In this document: one piece after another, positions 9,735 to 21,198 of the stretch
Layout: each line of letters begins with the position of its first letter
How positions within the stretch are numbered: the first letter of the stretch is position 1
DNA from: Bacteroidota bacterium
GTDB lineage: Bacteria > Bacteroidota > Bacteroidia > Bacteroidales > VadinHA17
Direction: 5' to 3'
DNA length: 56,630 nucleotides
Assembly (NCBI GenBank): GCA_011042635.1
Contig: DQWH01000073.1
Span: 1-56,630 of the forward strand
Notes under the pieces: generated by a model
Database searches by the model: none
What the model was told of the DNA's origin: nothing
Seen by the model: only the letters and a program-made list of their open reading frames with translations
Position numbers and translations under genes: made by a program

Positions 9735-10667
9735 CTATCCGTGTGACACTTCCCGGTGAGCGGGCATGAACCGAAGCCGGCAGCCGGTCTGTGCCACTTC
9801 CATTTCCACGGTCCTTCCCAGGATTAGCGCCAGGTTGGGCTTGCGATGACCTGCCGGGAATCCGAAGGATACCGGATATCCGGCATCCTCTGTATACCCG
9901 GCCACAATATTTTCTGCATTTTTCCCGAAGGGTATTTCATTGTCACGCATCCGATCGAATCCGCCTGCGATTAGCCCCTTCAGGGAGTCCAGCCGGTTTC
10001 CCAGCCACAGGTTGTTCATCATGCGGTCTATATGATACAGGTATTCGTCCACATCTTCCAGGAACAGAATACGGTGACCGGTCCGGAGGTCGTAGGAAGT
10101 TCCCCGCAGGCTGTACAATACCGAGAGATTCCCCCCGCAGAGTATGCCGCGGCATATGCCGGGACGGTTCAGGGGATTGGGTTCCCAGCGGTATTCCACC
10201 GGCTCGCCGAAGAGGGCTTTCCGCAGGCTTTCCATTCCTTCGGGATCGGCATGCTCCCCGCCGAAATGCAGGGCCATGGGAGCATGCATGCTTTCCACCT
10301 GAAGGTTTGTTTGCAGGTGAACATGCAGGGCGGTAATATCGCTGAAACCGGCCAGCCATTTGGGTGAACGCATGAAAGCGGAAAAATCGAGATAGCGGAG
10401 CAAACGGGCCGTACCGTACCCGCCGCGGGCAAAAAGGATCAGCCGGATATCGGGGTTATCGAGCATTTCCTGCAGATCGGCCAGCCTTTCGCGGTCGGTT
10501 CCCGCAAACTGACCGTGCCTGCCGTACATGTGCCTGCCCACAACAGGCTCCAGTCCCCATTTCTGGAGGGTTTCCAGGCACGCTTTCATTTCGTCGGGTG
10601 ATACCGTACGGGCCGGGGCCATTACCCCCGCCTTCATCCCGCGCTGCAAGTATTCAGGGCTGATCAT
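9735..10667 (-). CDS. LD-carboxypeptidase (peptidase S66)
   Basis: Start trimmed to the ATG at 10665-10667 (MISPEYLQRG...), because the longer ORF would overlap the metG promoter and start. It has the S66 nucleophile motif LAGFSDITALH and a C-terminal FGFPAGH. Confidence 0.8.
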   Translation of the reverse strand: MISPEYLQRGMKAGVMAPARTVSPDEMKACLETLQKWGLEPVVGRHMYGRHGQFAGTDRERLADLQEMLDNPDIRLILFARGGYGTARLLRYLDFSAFMRSPKWLAGFSDITALHVHLQTNLQVESMHAPMALHFGGEHADPEGMESLRKALFGEPVEYRWEPNPLNRPGICRGILCGGNLSVLYSLRGTSYDLRTGHRILFLEDVDEYLYHIDRMMNNLWLGNRLDSLKGLIAGGFDRMRDNEIPFGKNAENIVAGYTEDAGYPVSFGFPAGHRKPNLALILGRTVEMEVAQTGCRLRFMPAHREVSHG

Positions 10668-10689
10668 TCGTGAAACTTGAAAATACTTG

Positions 10690-10697
10690 TATCTTTG
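10690..10697 (+). promoter_or_regulatory. Candidate -7 box (TATCTTTG) for metG
   Basis: TAnnTTTG match 50 nt upstream of the metG ATG, in the 79-nt divergent spacer. Confidence 0.45.
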
Positions 10698-10746
10698 CCA
10701 GCATCTAAAAATAACCATTCTTGCAGGAACTATCCATATCTGTGTC

Positions 10747-12783
10747 ATGAAAAAGTTCAAGCGACACCTCATTACTTCCGCCCTTCCCTACGCCAACGGT
10801 CCCATTCATATCGGCCACCTGGCCGGCGTATATGTTCCTTCCGACATTTATACCAGGTATCTGCGCCTGAAAGGGGAGGATGTTATTTCCATCTGCGGAT
10901 CGGACGAGCATGGCGTTCCCATCACACTGAAAGCCAGACAGGAAGGTGTAAGTCCGCAGGAAATTGTCGACCGTTACCATGCCCTCAATAAAAATTCTTT
11001 TGAAAAACTGGGCATTGCCTTCGATATATATGCCCGCACCTCTTCCCCGGTGCATTATGAAACGGCTTCGCAGTTTTTCAGGACCTTATACGATAAAGGC
11101 GGGTTTATTGAAAAAACCACCGAACAATACTACGATGAGGAAGCAGGTCAGTTCCTGGCCGACCGGTACATTACGGGTACCTGTCCCCACTGCGGACATG
11201 ATCATGCTTATGGTGATCAGTGTGAACACTGCGGCACTTCGCTGAGTCCTACCGACCTGATCAATCCCCGCTCGGCTATCAGCGGCAGCAAACCTGTTCT
11301 GAAGGAAACACGGCACTGGTACCTGCCTCTCGACAAACACGAGCCTTTTCTCAAAAAATGGATACTGGAAGAACACAGGGAGTGGAAACCCAATGTATAC
11401 GGGCAGTGTAAATCGTGGCTCGACCAGGGTTTGCAACCCCGGGCAGTAAGCCGCGATCTCGACTGGGGGGTACCGGTTCCTGTGGAAGGGGCCCAGGGGA
11501 AAGTATTGTACGTATGGTTCGATGCCCCCATCGGATACATTTCCGCCACACGGGAGCTGACCACCGAATGGGAAAAATACTGGAAAGACCCGGCCACCCG
11601 TATGATCCATTTCATCGGGAAAGACAATATCGTTTTCCACTGCATCATATTTCCCGTCATGCTCCGGGCCGAGGGAAGCTATATTCTTCCCGACAATGTA
11701 CCCGCCAATGAATTTCTGAACCTGGAAGGAGACAAGATTTCCACTTCCAGGAACTGGGCCGTGTGGTTGCATGAGTACCTGGAGGAATTTCCCGGGAAGG
11801 AAGATGTATTGCGGTATGTGCTGTGTGCCAATGCTCCGGAGACCAAAGACAATGATTTTACCTGGAAAGATTTCCAGTCAAGGAACAATAACGAACTGGT
11901 TGCCGTGCTGGGAAATTTCGTGCACCGGGCCCTGGTACTGACGCACAAATATTTCGAAGGCAAAGTGCCGGAAAGGAAAATGCTTACCGGTTTCGACCGG
12001 AAGGTGCTGCAAGAGATGGGATCCATTAGGCAACGGGTCGAGAAGAGCCTGGATCAGTTCCGTTTCCGGGAAGCTCTGAACGAGGCCATGGGAATGGCCC
12101 GGCTGGGAAACAAATACCTGGCCGACACCGAGCCATGGAAAGTATTCAAAACCGATCCCGTACGGGTACAGACCATTCTGAACATTTCCCTGCAGATTAC
12201 GGCCGGTCTGTCGATTTTGCTTGCCCCCTTCATTCCCTTTACCATGAAAAGGCTGCAGGATTTTCTGAATCTCGAAAAATCCTCGTGGGACCTGGCCGGA
12301 AGCGATCATCTCCTGCTGGCGGGTCATCCGGTCAAAACGCCTGCTTTGCTGTTTGAAAAAATAGAGGATGCCGTGATTGAAAAACAGGTGAGCAAGCTCG
12401 TGGCCACCCGACACGCCAACAACGGTGGAAAAGCCTCTGCCGTTCCGCCTGTCAGGGAAACCATATCGTACGAAGATTTCATGAAGATGGATATCCGCAC
12501 GGCCACCGTGGTGGATGCGGTGAAGGTCCCCAAAACCAAGAAGTTGCTGAAGCTTACGTTGGATACGGGAGTTGACCGCCGTACCGTGGTGTCGGGCATT
12601 GCCGGGGTTTTCGATCCGGCCGAACTGGTTGGCAGGAAAGTGTGTGTACTGGCCAATCTTGCCCCGCGGCGGATCAAAGGGATCGAGTCGAACGGTATGA
12701 TCCTGATGGCCGAGGATACCGAATCGCGACTTTATCTGATCTCCCCTCCGGATGACACTCCCGACGGATCGGAGGTAAAATAG
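10747..12783 (+). CDS. metG: methionine--tRNA ligase
   Basis: Start at the ATG at 10747 ([31 protein letters not shown] motif). It has the Zn knuckle [23 protein letters not shown] (the KMSKS equivalent) and a C-terminal tRNA-binding (EMAP-like) domain. Confidence 0.97.
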   Translation: MKKFKRHLITSALPYANGPIHIGHLAGVYVPSDIYTRYLRLKGEDVISICGSDEHGVPITLKARQEGVSPQEIVDRYHALNKNSFEKLGIAFDIYARTSSPVHYETASQFFRTLYDKGGFIEKTTEQYYDEEAGQFLADRYITGTCPHCGHDHAYGDQCEHCGTSLSPTDLINPRSAISGSKPVLKETRHWYLPLDKHEPFLKKWILEEHREWKPNVYGQCKSWLDQGLQPRAVSRDLDWGVPVPVEGAQGKVLYVWFDAPIGYISATRELTTEWEKYWKDPATRMIHFIGKDNIVFHCIIFPVMLRAEGSYILPDNVPANEFLNLEGDKISTSRNWAVWLHEYLEEFPGKEDVLRYVLCANAPETKDNDFTWKDFQSRNNNELVAVLGNFVHRALVLTHKYFEGKVPERKMLTGFDRKVLQEMGSIRQRVEKSLDQFRFREALNEAMGMARLGNKYLADTEPWKVFKTDPVRVQTILNISLQITAGLSILLAPFIPFTMKRLQDFLNLEKSSWDLAGSDHLLLAGHPVKTPALLFEKIEDAVIEKQVSKLVATRHANNGGKASAVPPVRETISYEDFMKMDIRTATVVDAVKVPKTKKLLKLTLDTGVDRRTVVSGIAGVFDPAELVGRKVCVLANLAPRRIKGIESNGMILMAEDTESRLYLISPPDDTPDGSEVK

Positions 12784-12846
12784 CTTGCCCTGAGGAAGAT
12801 TATGTTATCAGGGGAATAACAGATAACATGCTGACAAAACAGCCGG

Positions 12847-12884
12847 CAACTACGTAGGCAGCTACGTTGCAATCTACGTAGTTG
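12847..12884. other. Perfect 11-bp inverted repeat (CAACTACGTAG / CTACGTAGTTG) with a 16-nt loop
   Basis: Read directly from the sequence 64 nt downstream of the metG stop. No T-run follows, so a terminator role is uncertain. Confidence 0.6.
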
Positions 12885-13172
12885 TAAGCCATCCCGAATT
12901 TGCGTGTCATTATGATAGATGTGTTATTATATTTTTAAGGGTATTTTGCAAAAAAGAAGGTTGCTCCGGCGGGTTTGCCCTGACATGGCTTTTGAACGAA
13001 AAAGAAACAAAAATCCGTCGCATCCTGTTTTTTGGTTTGGAGCCGGGGGTATAGGTTGGCCCCGAAGCCTCTGCGCCCTTATCCGTTTTGGCCGGATATA
13101 AATAATTTCAAAATAAACAACGCGCCCTGCCTTTTGCAATGGCAGTATCACAAAAAACCGTTGGGAATTCCA

Positions 13173-13180
13173 TATATTTG
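13173..13180 (+). promoter_or_regulatory. Candidate -7 box (TATATTTG) for gltX
   Basis: TAnnTTTG match 28 nt upstream of the preferred gltX ATG at 13208. Confidence 0.45.
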
Positions 13181-13207
13181 AACGTTGATTTGCTCAATGA
13201 CCAGCCT

Positions 13208-14734
13208 ATGAAGGAAGAAGAAACTGTGCGTGTGCGTTTTGCTCCCAGTCCCACGGGACCATTGCATATCGGCGGGGTGAGAACGGCCCTGTACAATTAT
13301 CTGTTTGCCAGGAAATACAGGGGGACCATGATCCTGAGGATTGAAGACACCGACCGGAACCGGTTTGTGCCGGGGGCCGAGGAATATATCATTGAATCGC
13401 TCAAATGGTGCGGCATACAACTTGATGAAGGGGTGGAGGAAGGTGGGCCTGCCGGACCCTACCGGCAATCGGAACGCAGGGATATATACCGGGAACATGT
13501 CATGAAGCTGGTAGAGACAGGTTGGGCCTATTATGCCTTTGATACTCCCGAAGAACTGGAGGATAAAAGACAGGAGGCCGCCGCCGCAGGGAAAGACATT
13601 TTCCAGTACGATATCCATACCCGGATGGACATGTGCAACTCGCTTACCCTCGAAAAAAAGGAAGTGGACAGGCGACTTCAGTCGGGCGACTCTTTTGTTA
13701 TCCGTTTCAAAATGCCGGAAAATGAAGAGATCAGGTTTTCCGACCTGATCCGGGGCGAGATCCGTGTGCTTTCCGATACGCTGGACGACAAGGTGCTTTT
13801 TAAATCCGACGGGATGCCTACTTACCACCTGGCCAATGTGGTGGACGATCATCTGATGTATATCAGCCATGTGATCCGGGGCGAGGAATGGCTGCCTTCG
13901 CTTCCCCTGCATGTAATGCTGTACCGTGCTTTTGGATGGAACCCTCCCCGGTTCGCACACCTTCCCCTGCTTCTCAAACCCACAGGTAAGGGAAAACTGA
14001 GCAAACGTGACGGCGATAAAATGGGCTTTCCTGTTTTTCCCCTGGAATGGAAGGGACCTAATGGAGAAACTGCCCCGGGTTACCGGGAATCGGGATATTA
14101 CCCTGAGGCCTTTGTGAATATGCTGGCCCTGCTGGGATGGAATCCCGGCGGTGAGAAGGAACTGCTGAGTATGGATGAGATGATTGGCCGGTTCTCACTG
14201 GAAAGAGTGGGGAAGGCCGGAGCCCGTTTCGATCCCGGAAAGGCCAGATGGTTCAACCATCAGTATCTTATCAGGAAAGATCCTGAAACCCTGGCCCGGG
14301 AATTCCGGCCTTTGCTTGACGAAAAAGGCGTACAAACGCGTTTTGACAGGCTGGTCCGTATCGTGGTCATGGTCAAAGACCGGGTGGATTTTGTGCATGA
14401 GCTTTGGAGAGAAACCTGGTTTTTCTTCCTGCCGCCGCAGGAATATGATGAAAAAATGGTAAAGAAACGATGGAAACCGGAAACCCCCGGAATACTGACC
14501 CGCCTGGGCGAAAGTCTGGCAAAAACGGAACCTTTCAGAGCAGCGGAACTGGAAGCGACCGTTAAGAATTTCCTGGAAATGGAGCATCTGGGAATGGGCC
14601 AGGTAATGAATCCCCTGAGGCTTGCCCTGGTGGGTGCCATGGCCGGTCCCGGGCTGTTTGAACTCTGTGAAATACTCGGCCGCGGGGAAGTAATGAAACG
14701 AATTGAACGGGCCTGCCGTACAATAAGCACATGA
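13208..14734 (+). CDS. gltX: glutamate--tRNA ligase
   Basis: Start trimmed to the ATG at 13208 ([23 protein letters not shown]). The HIGH-type motif and KLSKR are both present. Confidence 0.95.
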   Translation: MKEEETVRVRFAPSPTGPLHIGGVRTALYNYLFARKYRGTMILRIEDTDRNRFVPGAEEYIIESLKWCGIQLDEGVEEGGPAGPYRQSERRDIYREHVMKLVETGWAYYAFDTPEELEDKRQEAAAAGKDIFQYDIHTRMDMCNSLTLEKKEVDRRLQSGDSFVIRFKMPENEEIRFSDLIRGEIRVLSDTLDDKVLFKSDGMPTYHLANVVDDHLMYISHVIRGEEWLPSLPLHVMLYRAFGWNPPRFAHLPLLLKPTGKGKLSKRDGDKMGFPVFPLEWKGPNGETAPGYRESGYYPEAFVNMLALLGWNPGGEKELLSMDEMIGRFSLERVGKAGARFDPGKARWFNHQYLIRKDPETLAREFRPLLDEKGVQTRFDRLVRIVVMVKDRVDFVHELWRETWFFFLPPQEYDEKMVKKRWKPETPGILTRLGESLAKTEPFRAAELEATVKNFLEMEHLGMGQVMNPLRLALVGAMAGPGLFELCEILGRGEVMKRIERACRTIST

Positions 14735-15426
14735 TCCCTTTCCCTCATAGAAGCGATCTTATTGACCTGCATACCCACAAAATGACCGTGCCGGCAGGCG
14801 TTTTTGCTATTACCAACCTATTTGTGCAGGATATCCATAAATGGCCTCCCGGTCATGGAGCCGCTTTTTCCGCGGGAATACATCCCTGGCACCTGGAACA
14901 GGTAGACCGCAGCAGCCAGCTCAGAAAGCTCAAAACGCTGCTCGACGATCCCATGGTGGTGGCTGTGGGAGAAGCTGGTCTGGACCGGGGGGTGGATATT
15001 TCCTTTGATCTCCAGACCTCTCTTTTTCTGGAACAGGTGTGTCTGGCGGAAAAGGCCGGGAAACCCATGATTGTTCATTGTGTGCGCACCTATTCCGACC
15101 TGCTGGAGATTCTGAACCAACATACCGCCCGGGTTCCGCTGATCATACACGGTTTTCGCGGTACCAGGGAAATGGCCGAGAAATTACTCGACAGGGGGGC
15201 ATACCTTTCCTTTGGTCACAGTCTGCTGCATCCAGCTTCCCGGCAGGCTCTGTTTTTTGCGGATCTGCCTCCGGAAAGGGTCTTTTTCGAAACGGATATG
15301 TCGTCTCTGGGTATCCGCGACCTGTACAAACGGGCATCGGCCCTGAAGGGCTGGAGCCTGGACGAATGGGTTGCCACTATTTACAATAATTATTCTTCCT
15401 GTTTTTCCTCTTCAGGAACCGGTTAA
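14731..15426 (+). CDS. TatD-family metal-dependent hydrolase
   Basis: 231-aa ORF with an ATGA overlap with gltX. It has [26 protein letters not shown] and FETD motifs. Confidence 0.75.
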   Translation: MIPFPHRSDLIDLHTHKMTVPAGVFAITNLFVQDIHKWPPGHGAAFSAGIHPWHLEQVDRSSQLRKLKTLLDDPMVVAVGEAGLDRGVDISFDLQTSLFLEQVCLAEKAGKPMIVHCVRTYSDLLEILNQHTARVPLIIHGFRGTREMAEKLLDRGAYLSFGHSLLHPASRQALFFADLPPERVFFETDMSSLGIRDLYKRASALKGWSLDEWVATIYNNYSSCFSSSGTG

Positions 15427-15443
15427 CGAAAATACATCACATG

Positions 15444-15476
15444 AAAAAGGAGACTTCTGCCGGAGTCTCCTTTTTT
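15444..15476. terminator. Bidirectional rho-independent terminator between the tatD-like gene and galM
   Basis: AAAAA-GGAGACT-(8-nt loop)-AGTCTCC-TTTTTT, read directly between the convergent genes. Confidence 0.8.
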
Positions 15477-15510
15477 GTAACAGGTATCAAATAAGCAAAT
15501 GGCTGTCGTT

Positions 15511-16644
15511 CTATTCGGTGATACTGAACCTGAACACAGAGGTCTGAGTGTAGGTGTCGCCCGGTCTCAGCACCGTACCTGGGAAATCGGGTTGATTGGG
15601 TGAATCGGGGAAATGTTGTGGCTCGATGCAGAATCCTTCGCGGTAGCCATATGGTTTTCCCGCTTTCCCGGTGTGCCTTCCGTTCATGAAGTTGCCGCAG
15701 TAAAACTGAACACCGGGTTCTGTGGTAAGCAACTCAAGCACCCTGCCGGTTTCCGGATCGGTTACCCGTACCGCCAGTTCCAGGCCTTCTCCTTTCCGGG
15801 TGAGCACGAAGTTATGGTCGTATCCCAGTCCGTAAATGAGCTGGGGATGATTCTGGTCAATCCTTTCCCCGATGGGATGAGGTTCCCTGAAATCGAAAGG
15901 AGTGCCTTCCACGGGCATAAATTCGCCCGTAGGAATCAGGGTGGAATCAACCGGGGTGATATAATCGGCCATGATCTGCATATCATGATCCAGAATGGTT
16001 CCGGATCCTTCCCCGCTCAGATTGAAATAGGCATGGTTGGTGAGATTGACAATGGTAGCCTGGTCGGTGGTGGCTTTGTAGTCGATCCTCAGTTCGTCTT
16101 CATCGGTCAGTGTGTAGGTAACCCACACGTCCATGTTCCCGGGATATCCTTCTTCCATGTGGGGGGAATGATAGGTAAAGGTAACGGAATTGCCTTCTTG
16201 CTCACCTTCCCACACCTGGTCGTCAAAACCTTTGACTCCTCCGTGCAGGGTATTCGGTCCGTCGTTGAGCGCCAGCTGGTAGGTTTCCCCGTCCAGTTCA
16301 AACTGTCCTCCTTTGATACGGTTGGCGTACCTTCCCACCGTGCAGCCCAGGTTCAGTCCTTCGCCCGGATATTCTTCGGCGGTGGAAAAGCCCAGGGTGA
16401 TATCCGCCCAGTTCCCTTCCCTGTCGGGGGTATAAATGGAAACGATTCTCGCACCGTAATTGGTCAGGAGGATCCTGATCCCGTTCTTATTGGTCAGGGT
16501 ATACAGTTCAACCGGTTTGCTGTCAATTTCTCCCCGGAAGGTTTCCGGTTTCGGTTCATTGGGGTATTCGGGTTTAGTGCCGGTCTGGCATGCGGTGTAC
16601 ATCATCATGCCGGCAATCAACATCAGGAAAGTGGATTTTCTCAT
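15511..16644 (-). CDS. galM: aldose 1-epimerase (galactose mutarotase)
   Basis: 377-aa ORF with a signal/lipoprotein N-terminus. It has GCTVGRYANRIKGGQFELDGETYQLALNDGPNTLHGG and FCIEPQHFPDSPN. Confidence 0.9.
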   Translation of the reverse strand: MRKSTFLMLIAGMMMYTACQTGTKPEYPNEPKPETFRGEIDSKPVELYTLTNKNGIRILLTNYGARIVSIYTPDREGNWADITLGFSTAEEYPGEGLNLGCTVGRYANRIKGGQFELDGETYQLALNDGPNTLHGGVKGFDDQVWEGEQEGNSVTFTYHSPHMEEGYPGNMDVWVTYTLTDEDELRIDYKATTDQATIVNLTNHAYFNLSGEGSGTILDHDMQIMADYITPVDSTLIPTGEFMPVEGTPFDFREPHPIGERIDQNHPQLIYGLGYDHNFVLTRKGEGLELAVRVTDPETGRVLELLTTEPGVQFYCGNFMNGRHTGKAGKPYGYREGFCIEPQHFPDSPNQPDFPGTVLRPGDTYTQTSVFRFSITE

Positions 16645-16801
16645 GGCTCTTGTTTAGATTTGGTGACAGGATGTCAAAAATAATGATTTTTCGATAAGGT
16701 GTGGAAAGGGCGGAGAAAAAACTCCGGAAAAGGTGATGTGGAAAAATTCAGGTTGCCACATACTTTTCTTTTTAATGAAAGGTTTATTTTCGTTGCAGGA
16801 A

Positions 16802-19051
16802 ATGAAAAAAAGAAGGAAAAAAACAAAACCGGTTGTCCGTTGGTTGGTTCTGCTGGCATTAGCTGGACTGGCATTTGTGGGGATGCTGACCCTGATCACC
16901 CTGATGGGAGGCTTCGGCGCCATGCCCCGGCAGGATGAGCTAAGGAATCTGAGGGACGAACGGGCCACCCTGGTGTACAGCAGCGACGGTAAAATGATCG
17001 GGAAAATTTTTGCACGTAACCGCACTCCTGTTTCCCTGGAAGAAGTTCCGCCCCACCTGATCGATGCCCTGATTGTGACCGAAGACCTTCGTTTTTTCAG
17101 TCACAACGGGATCGACAATCGCAGCCTGCTGCGGGTATTGATAAAATCCATTCTGATGGGTAACCGGGAAGCAGGAGGGGGAAGCACTCTTACCCAGCAA
17201 CTGGCCAAGAATCTGTATGGCCGTCGTAAGCTCGGATTTCTTACTATACCGGTGGCCAAGATCAGGGAGGCTATCCTGGCCCTCAGAATGGAAGAAGTGT
17301 ATACCAAGGAGGAGATCCTTTCCCTGTACCTGAATACCGTCCCTTTCGGGGAAGAAGTGTACGGTGTGGAAGCTGCGGCGAACCGGTATTTCAACAAGCA
17401 CGTAAAAGAGCTGGGGGCGGAAGAATCGGCCCTGCTGGTAGGCATGCTCAAGGCCAACACCTATTATCACCCCCGCCTGCATCCCGAAAGGTCCCGGGAG
17501 AGAAGAAACCTGGTACTTGAGCTGATGAAACAGCACGGGAAGATAGACAGTACCGAAGCAGTCAGGCTGCAGGGGTTGCCCCTGAAACTGGATTATTCGA
17601 ACTTCAGGCTGGAGGGGCCTGCCCAGTATTTCCTTTTTCAGGTAGAGAAACAGGCGCGCGAGATACTGGCCTGTCAAAAAAAATTGGGTGAAGAAGCCGG
17701 GTGGGATATTGAAAAAGACGGTCTGAAGATCATCACCACCCTCGACCTTCGTTTGCAGGAGATGGCCCTGCGGTCGGTAAGGGAGCATCTTTCGGTAATG
17801 CAGCCGCTACTGGAAAAAGACCGGCGTATCAGAAAACTTAAGAATGATTTTTACCGTGAGCATTCCGGCCGGAACGGGGAAAAACGCCTGCGTGAAATAT
17901 GGACCTGGGAAGGAACGAAAGTGGACAGCATGAGCGTAGCCGACAGCCTGTGGCATTACTATGCCATGCTGCATGCCGGCGTTTATGCCGTGGAACCTTT
18001 CACGGGGGGAATCCGGATATGGGTGGGAGGGAATCATTTCAGGTACCTGCCGTATGATCTGGTTCGGGCACGCCGTCCGGCCGCTTCGGCTTTCAAGCCA
18101 TATCTGTACACGGCTGCCCTGGAAAACGGGTTCAATCCGTGCTATTATCTGGATAACGAATCCAGAATGTATCCTGAATTCGATGACTGGAAACCCGAAA
18201 ATTATGACGGTACTGAAGGAGGGGAGGCGGCCCTGTGGTACGCACTGGCTCATTCGCTTAATATGCCCACGGTTGATCTGTATTTCCGGCTTGGATTTGA
18301 GCCACTGGAATACTTCTGCCTGCGTTTCGGCTTGCCTGCCCTGCCGCAGGATAAACCGGCGGTCGCCCTGGGAGCATACGATCTGTCGCTTACCGAGGCT
18401 ATCAGGCTTTATGCCTGCCTGGGAGCCGGTGGAGAACTGGCGGAACCTTATATGATTGAAAAGATCATCGGACCGGAGGGGCAGGTGCTTTATAAGCATA
18501 CCCGGGAGGAACCGGCCCGGGTGATGCGTGAGGAAATAGCCGGGCAGATGACAGCCATGTTGCGCAGGGTGGTCAATGAAGGCACGGCTGTTCCTCTGCG
18601 AACGGCCTGGGGTGTACAGGCCGACGTGGCTGGTAAGACCGGCACTTCCCAGGAATACAGTGATGCCTGGTTCTTCTGGTATACTTCCGGCCTGGCGGGA
18701 GGAGTATGGGTGGGAGCCCGCGATCCGGAGGTGCACTTTTCAACGGGCGGATACGGAAGCGGTACGGCACTGGCCCTACCGGTGGCGGGAAGATTGCTGA
18801 ACAGGATGGAAGCACGACGTGACCTTTCCTCAGCTTACCTGCCGTCTTTTGATTTACCGTTCTTTTCCGAGTGGAGTATGAAGTGTGAAGGGATCAGGGA
18901 AAAAGATGCTTTCAGGGATGTCTGGGAAGAAATATTCGGTCGTCCCCGTTACCGTTCGGCACTCGATACGCTTGAACACAGCCGGAAAAGGCAGCTACGA
19001 GACCTGATCAGGGAACTGTTCCGAAGGAGGGATACGGAAAGGGAAAAGTGA
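16802..19051 (+). CDS. mrcA: class A penicillin-binding protein (GT51 transglycosylase plus transpeptidase)
   Basis: Start at the ATG at 16802 (MKKRRKKTKPVVRWLVLLALAG, TM anchor). The GT51 motifs are EDLRFFSHNGID and GGSTLTQQLAKN. The transpeptidase part has SAFKP (SxxK) and KTGTS. Confidence 0.85.
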   Translation: MKKRRKKTKPVVRWLVLLALAGLAFVGMLTLITLMGGFGAMPRQDELRNLRDERATLVYSSDGKMIGKIFARNRTPVSLEEVPPHLIDALIVTEDLRFFSHNGIDNRSLLRVLIKSILMGNREAGGGSTLTQQLAKNLYGRRKLGFLTIPVAKIREAILALRMEEVYTKEEILSLYLNTVPFGEEVYGVEAAANRYFNKHVKELGAEESALLVGMLKANTYYHPRLHPERSRERRNLVLELMKQHGKIDSTEAVRLQGLPLKLDYSNFRLEGPAQYFLFQVEKQAREILACQKKLGEEAGWDIEKDGLKIITTLDLRLQEMALRSVREHLSVMQPLLEKDRRIRKLKNDFYREHSGRNGEKRLREIWTWEGTKVDSMSVADSLWHYYAMLHAGVYAVEPFTGGIRIWVGGNHFRYLPYDLVRARRPAASAFKPYLYTAALENGFNPCYYLDNESRMYPEFDDWKPENYDGTEGGEAALWYALAHSLNMPTVDLYFRLGFEPLEYFCLRFGLPALPQDKPAVALGAYDLSLTEAIRLYACLGAGGELAEPYMIEKIIGPEGQVLYKHTREEPARVMREEIAGQMTAMLRRVVNEGTAVPLRTAWGVQADVAGKTGTSQEYSDAWFFWYTSGLAGGVWVGARDPEVHFSTGGYGSGTALALPVAGRLLNRMEARRDLSSAYLPSFDLPFFSEWSMKCEGIREKDAFRDVWEEIFGRPRYRSALDTLEHSRKRQLRDLIRELFRRRDTEREK

Positions 19052-19060
19052 TTTTACCGG

Positions 19061-20245
19061 TTATTTTTTCAGACGCAGCAGGATCACGTCCCTGGCAGGT
19101 ACGGTGGCTTCAAAGAAAGAGCGTGTGTTCCCGGTATTTTTTCTTGCCCATACGTCTCTTATGCGGTAGACCACCCGTAATCCAACCACCTCCCAGTCGA
19201 AGGTCAGATCGTAATCTTCATTTCCCCGGTTCAGGAAGCATATTGCCAGGTCCTCTCCCTTGAGGTCTTTGACCCAGACTTCCAGGTCTCCTTCATCCAC
19301 CACTTTGAAAGCCTGGATACCCATATGGTCCTGGTTGATCTCCAGCACTTCATCATGGGTCAGGATATCGAGGGTGGTTTTATCCATATTTCTCAGGTCG
19401 TTTCCTGCCATGAGCGGGGCGGCCAGCATGCACCACATGGTAAAATGTGCCCGGTATTCATTGGGGCTCAGGTTTCCCATACCGACGATCAGCATATCCG
19501 GGTCGTTCCAGTGATCGGGGCCGGCATATTTATCCAGACCCACCTGCATGTCGAGTATCTGGGTCCATCCCAGTCCGTTGGCCTGCGATCCGTCGGGGAA
19601 GGTGCCGTTCCACGAATCGGCAATATCTCCCGTGGTGCGCCACATATGACCAATCCCCTCGCCCCATTTCCAGGGTTCGTTTTTGCCCCATTCACAGATA
19701 CTGAATACCATGGGGCGCCCCGCCTTCCGGATGGCATCGCTCATGGTGCGGTATGAATCCACTGCACTCTGGGTTCCGGTGTGGCACCAGTCGTATTTCA
19801 CGAAATCCACTTCCCAGCGGGCAAAAGTGCGGGCATCCTGGTATTCGTATCCCCGGCTTCCCGGTTTCCCTCCGCAGGTCTGGGTTCCGGCGCAGGCATA
19901 GATGCCCAGTTTAAGTCCCAGGGAATGAACATAATCGGCCAGAGCTTTGATTCCTGAGGGGAATCGTTCAGGGTCAGGGATGAGGTATCCCTCTTCGTCA
20001 CGCCCTGAAGCCCATCCGTCGTCGATAACCACGTAGGCGTACCCGGCATCTTTCATGCCGCTGCTTACCATGGCGTCGGCGGTTTCCCTGATCAGTTGTT
20101 CGTTGATGTCCATCCGGAATGTATTCCAGCTGTTCCACCCCATGGGGGGAGTAAGGGCCAGCCCTTCAAAAGCCTGGGCTGACAGGCTTATGGGGGCCAG
20201 TAGTCCGCATACGAAAGAAAGGAGGCAGATCCGTATTTTTTTCAT
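19061..20245 (-). CDS. GH27 alpha-galactosidase, secreted
   Basis: Start trimmed to the ATG at 20243-20245 (MKKIRICLLSF... signal peptide). It has LTPPMGWNSWNTF, YVVIDDGW, FVKYDWC and the CEWG region typical of GH27. Confidence 0.85.
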   Translation of the reverse strand: MKKIRICLLSFVCGLLAPISLSAQAFEGLALTPPMGWNSWNTFRMDINEQLIRETADAMVSSGMKDAGYAYVVIDDGWASGRDEEGYLIPDPERFPSGIKALADYVHSLGLKLGIYACAGTQTCGGKPGSRGYEYQDARTFARWEVDFVKYDWCHTGTQSAVDSYRTMSDAIRKAGRPMVFSICEWGKNEPWKWGEGIGHMWRTTGDIADSWNGTFPDGSQANGLGWTQILDMQVGLDKYAGPDHWNDPDMLIVGMGNLSPNEYRAHFTMWCMLAAPLMAGNDLRNMDKTTLDILTHDEVLEINQDHMGIQAFKVVDEGDLEVWVKDLKGEDLAICFLNRGNEDYDLTFDWEVVGLRVVYRIRDVWARKNTGNTRSFFEATVPARDVILLRLKK

Positions 20246-20339
20246 GGTGGGGGAATGGGTTTTGTTTTCAGAAAGATAGTAAAATACATGGAAAATACAT
20301 GGGAAGTAGCCTGATAATGGTATACATAGCAGGGAATGA

Positions 20340-21059
20340 TTACTTTCCGAAACGGGACAACGCCTCTTCCATGATGGCTTCGGTAGCAGAAGTACCGATC
20401 CTTTCGGCACCTGCTTCCTTCAGGGCCAGCAACTGATCAAGGCTGCGTATGCCCCCCGATGCTTTTACCCTTACCTTTTCGCCGGTATGTTTTCTCATCA
20501 GACGCACATCAGCTATTGTGGCACCCCGGGTAACCATATACCCGTCTTTGTCTTTGAAAAATCCGAAACCGGTGGAAGTTTTTACGAAATCCACTCCCAG
20601 TGCGCTACACAATTCACACAGCCTGATCTTGTAATGATCGGTGGGAAGATAATCGTTCTCAAAGATCACCTTCAGCAGGGCATTGTTTTCACAGGTAACC
20701 GATACGATGGCAGCGATTTCCGCTTCCACGTATTTCCAGTCTTCCTGCAACACTTTTCCAAGATTCGGTACCATATCGATTTCTTTTGCCCCGTCGTCAA
20801 TAGCCTCTTCCGTTTCATAAATTTTTACTTCAATGGAACTGTTTCCATGAGGAAATCCGATGACAGAGGCTACCGGGACACCTGAATTTTCAAGATATTC
20901 AACTGCCTGCCGCACGGCATAGGGCTTGACACACATGGAAGCAACCCCGTACCGGGCAGCGGTTTTACATCCTTTTTTCAGGTCGGCATCGGTGTGTACC
21001 GGATGCAGTACCGAATGATCGATCATTTTTGCGATTTCGTCAGTTTTATTTTTATTCAT
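20340..21059 (-). CDS. deoC: deoxyribose-phosphate aldolase
   Basis: 239-aa ORF. IDHSVLHP, MCVKPY, VIGFPHG and the Schiff-base Lys context FVKTSTGF are present. Confidence 0.9.
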   Translation of the reverse strand: MNKNKTDEIAKMIDHSVLHPVHTDADLKKGCKTAARYGVASMCVKPYAVRQAVEYLENSGVPVASVIGFPHGNSSIEVKIYETEEAIDDGAKEIDMVPNLGKVLQEDWKYVEAEIAAIVSVTCENNALLKVIFENDYLPTDHYKIRLCELCSALGVDFVKTSTGFGFFKDKDGYMVTRGATIADVRLMRKHTGEKVRVKASGGIRSLDQLLALKEAGAERIGTSATEAIMEEALSRFGK

Positions 21060-21198
21060 TACAGGTCATTTAGTAGAAACAAGAATATAAATATACAAAT
21101 CTCAATAAATCTTATGTATTTTCGTGATTTCTGTATCTTTTTTTCATTTCATACGTCTTACCTAACATTAATAAAATAATAAATCATAAAATCATTGT

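Noticed and set aside
10668-10772. N-terminal extensions of ORF-track entries. These are 9735-10772, 10687-, 13139-, 16733-, 19061-20410, 5493-, 6098-, 27584- and 50590-.
   Set aside because: The extensions would overlap divergent neighbours or promoters, and they lack the signal peptide or conserved N-terminal motif that appears at an internal Met. Starts were trimmed accordingly.
12919-13151. Overlapping 60-aa (+) and 74-aa (-) ORFs in the metG-gltX spacer.
   Set aside because: They mutually overlap on opposite strands, have basic low-complexity sequences, and show no start context or motifs. I treat them as non-coding.
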